A stretch of 64,000 nucleotides of DNA, taken from sequence record ON190024.1. One strand, given 5' to 3'. How positions within the stretch are numbered: position 1 is the stretch's first letter; the number at the start of each line of letters is the position of its first letter. A model generated the notes under the pieces. That model made no database searches. It was not told the DNA's origin and saw only the letters and a program-made list of their open reading frames with translations. Made by a program: the position numbers and the translations under genes. Of this stretch, positions 62,488-64,000 are shown piece after piece.

Positions 62488-64000
62488 TTAACTTAGTAGT
62501 GCTTCTAGTCTAGCGATTCGTTCTTCAAGAGCTTCGCGTTTGCGCTTCTCTTCTTTAATACCCTCAATCAATAGACCAACCATATTTCCGTATGCAACTG
62601 CATAGTGACCATCAGCATCGCCACCGGATTCAACAACAGCTTCTGGTAGAACTTCAAGAACTTCTTGAGCAATTACACCAGTTTGTCGCGGACATTCAAC
62701 GTCTGTACGATCATATGTGTAACCATTCAGACGGTCAATTTTCTCAAGCGGATTTGTGATTCGCTCAACGTTAGTCTTGACTCGCGCATCCGAGTATGCT
62801 GTAATATTACCAGCCGACTGAATGCTTTGATAGTAGTAGAAGCCGCTAGTCGCATCAGTTGAGTTGTGAAGCCAACTTGTGTTTCGATGACCAAAGTGCC
62901 ACGTTTTACCATTATCAGAACGGAAAACCCAACTACCCTCATTTGAAGATCTCTGCATGTATCGTGTAGTATCGCCACCCAATGCAATGACGTTCTTAAC
63001 CATCAAGTTGCCGTTTGTCGTTAATGACATTGCCCCATCAGTCGCTGCGTCACTCGAATCACGCCACAAGAATCCACGATCCGTATCGTTGTTCATTGTG
63101 AACGTCATTGCGTAGTCATTCAACCAACCAAAGGATTGTGCGCTTGCCATGCCGATTGTATATGAACCACTAGACCACACTCGAATCTTATCATAAGAAG
63201 AAACACCAGTTGAGATCAATGTCCCATTGACTGTGAAGCTCCCATCAGAATGAGTATGATTGTGTGAATCATCCGCAACCGCAACAGATAATGCAACGTT
63301 TGCGCTACCGTCGATTGAAGCAGAACCACTTACATCGCCGTTCAGAGTCAGAGTACGAGCCGTAGTCCACTTATCTGCCAACGGGTGATAAGATGAGTTG
63401 TAGTTAGCACGCCATCCCGGTGCATAATTAGAACCATTATCAATGTAAATGAATTCTCGTCTAGTTGTCGCACCAGAAGCAGTTGTCGGTGTAATAACTT
63501 TGATTGTGCAGTTTGTTGTTGAAGTACCATGAACTTCAATCACAGAACCCGCAGTACCAAACACACCAAATCCCGTGTCTACTGTCACCTGAGCAGCATA
63601 TGACCAACTACCACGACATGTCCAGTACCAAGTTGAAAACGCGCCTTTTGCAGACAGCAATGAAATAAATTCAGCAGTCGTTACTCGATTATTTGTCCCA
63701 AATGAAATTTGACCTGCACCGTTAGTGCCTGTAACCTCTTGAGGAGACCATGATACGTTCGCTGTACCGTTTACAGACTTGCCAGTTTTCCCGATTGTCA
63801 ACGTTCTCGCAGTCGTCCACTTCGTCGCTTGTGTAGCTGAAGTCGCAGATGTTGCAGTCGTAGCGTTACCACTCAATGCCCCGATGAATGTCGGTGCTGT
63901 GATATTCACAGTCGATGTAATTGAAGTACTCTTAACTGAAAATTGTTTATTGTCAGCTAGTATACCACCGACGCCAAGAACAATCTCACCTGCCGTGTTT
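62488..64000 (-). CDS. second tail fibre with S74 chaperone (5' end outside window)
   Basis: frame stays open to the window edge; YSDARVKTNV...GVIAQEV...VAYGN; shares WTTARTLT modules. Confidence 0.9.
   Translation of the reverse strand, partial: NTAGEIVLGVGGILADNKQFSVKSTSITSTVNITAPTFIGALSGNATTATSATSATQATKWTTARTLTIGKTGKSVNGTANVSWSPQEVTGTNGAGQISFGTNNRVTTAEFISLLSAKGAFSTWYWTCRGSWSYAAQVTVDTGFGVFGTAGSVIEVHGTSTTNCTIKVITPTTASGATTRREFIYIDNGSNYAPGWRANYNSSYHPLADKWTTARTLTLNGDVSGSASIDGSANVALSVAVADDSHNHTHSDGSFTVNGTLISTGVSSYDKIRVWSSGSYTIGMASAQSFGWLNDYAMTFTMNNDTDRGFLWRDSSDAATDGAMSLTTNGNLMVKNVIALGGDTTRYMQRSSNEGSWVFRSDNGKTWHFGHRNTSWLHNSTDATSGFYYYQSIQSAGNITAYSDARVKTNVERITNPLEKIDRLNGYTYDRTDVECPRQTGVIAQEVLEVLPEAVVESGGDADGHYAVAYGNMVGLLIEGIKEEKRKREALEERIARLEALLS

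Noticed and set aside
1-64000. CRISPR array or tRNA genes
   Set aside because: The recurring 25-70 bp sequences are dispersed promoters and terminators, not evenly spaced repeat-spacer units; no cloverleaf was recognised by eye (a tRNAscan run would be decisive).
1-64000. Many short overlapping or antisense ORFs in the six-frame track (for example 1312, 3483, 7573, 29133, 29165, 36012, 44873, 59715)
   Set aside because: They lie within or opposite better-supported genes and lack RBS or coupling; treated as shadow frames.

Overview
A 64 kb segment of a large lytic T4-like (Straboviridae-like) myophage genome. A marine or gammaproteobacterial host such as Vibrio is an inference only. About 1-28.9 kb and 35.6-41.1 kb form a hyperplastic early region of about 90 small + strand genes. 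These are driven by repeated sigma70-type promoter/terminator cassettes and include tk, denV, nadR, pnuC, a CYTH protein, NAMPT and two paralogous lipoproteins. About 44-58.9 kb holds nrdA-HNH-nrdB-glutaredoxin, a transglycosylase, an AAA ATPase, topoisomerase gp52, queE, an ART-like protein, an M15 peptidase, phoH, asiA and a DUF2829/Tad2-like gene. The right end (minus strand) has a holin candidate and two S74-chaperone tail fibres, the last truncated by the window. The most unusual element is a cluster at 29.0-35.5 kb that starts at a late-type promoter. It encodes a 176-aa protein with 13+13 symmetric Ser/Thr tetrad repeats, followed by glycosyltransferase-like genes, a QueC-like enzyme, a compact NAMPT paralogue, two N-terminal-twitch radical SAM enzymes and a HAD phosphatase. 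A satellite island at 41.2-43.5 kb adds a glycosyltransferase and a third twitch-rSAM. Together these look like an undescribed virion-protein or nucleotide modification system. All family assignments come from motif recognition by eye; no database searches were run.
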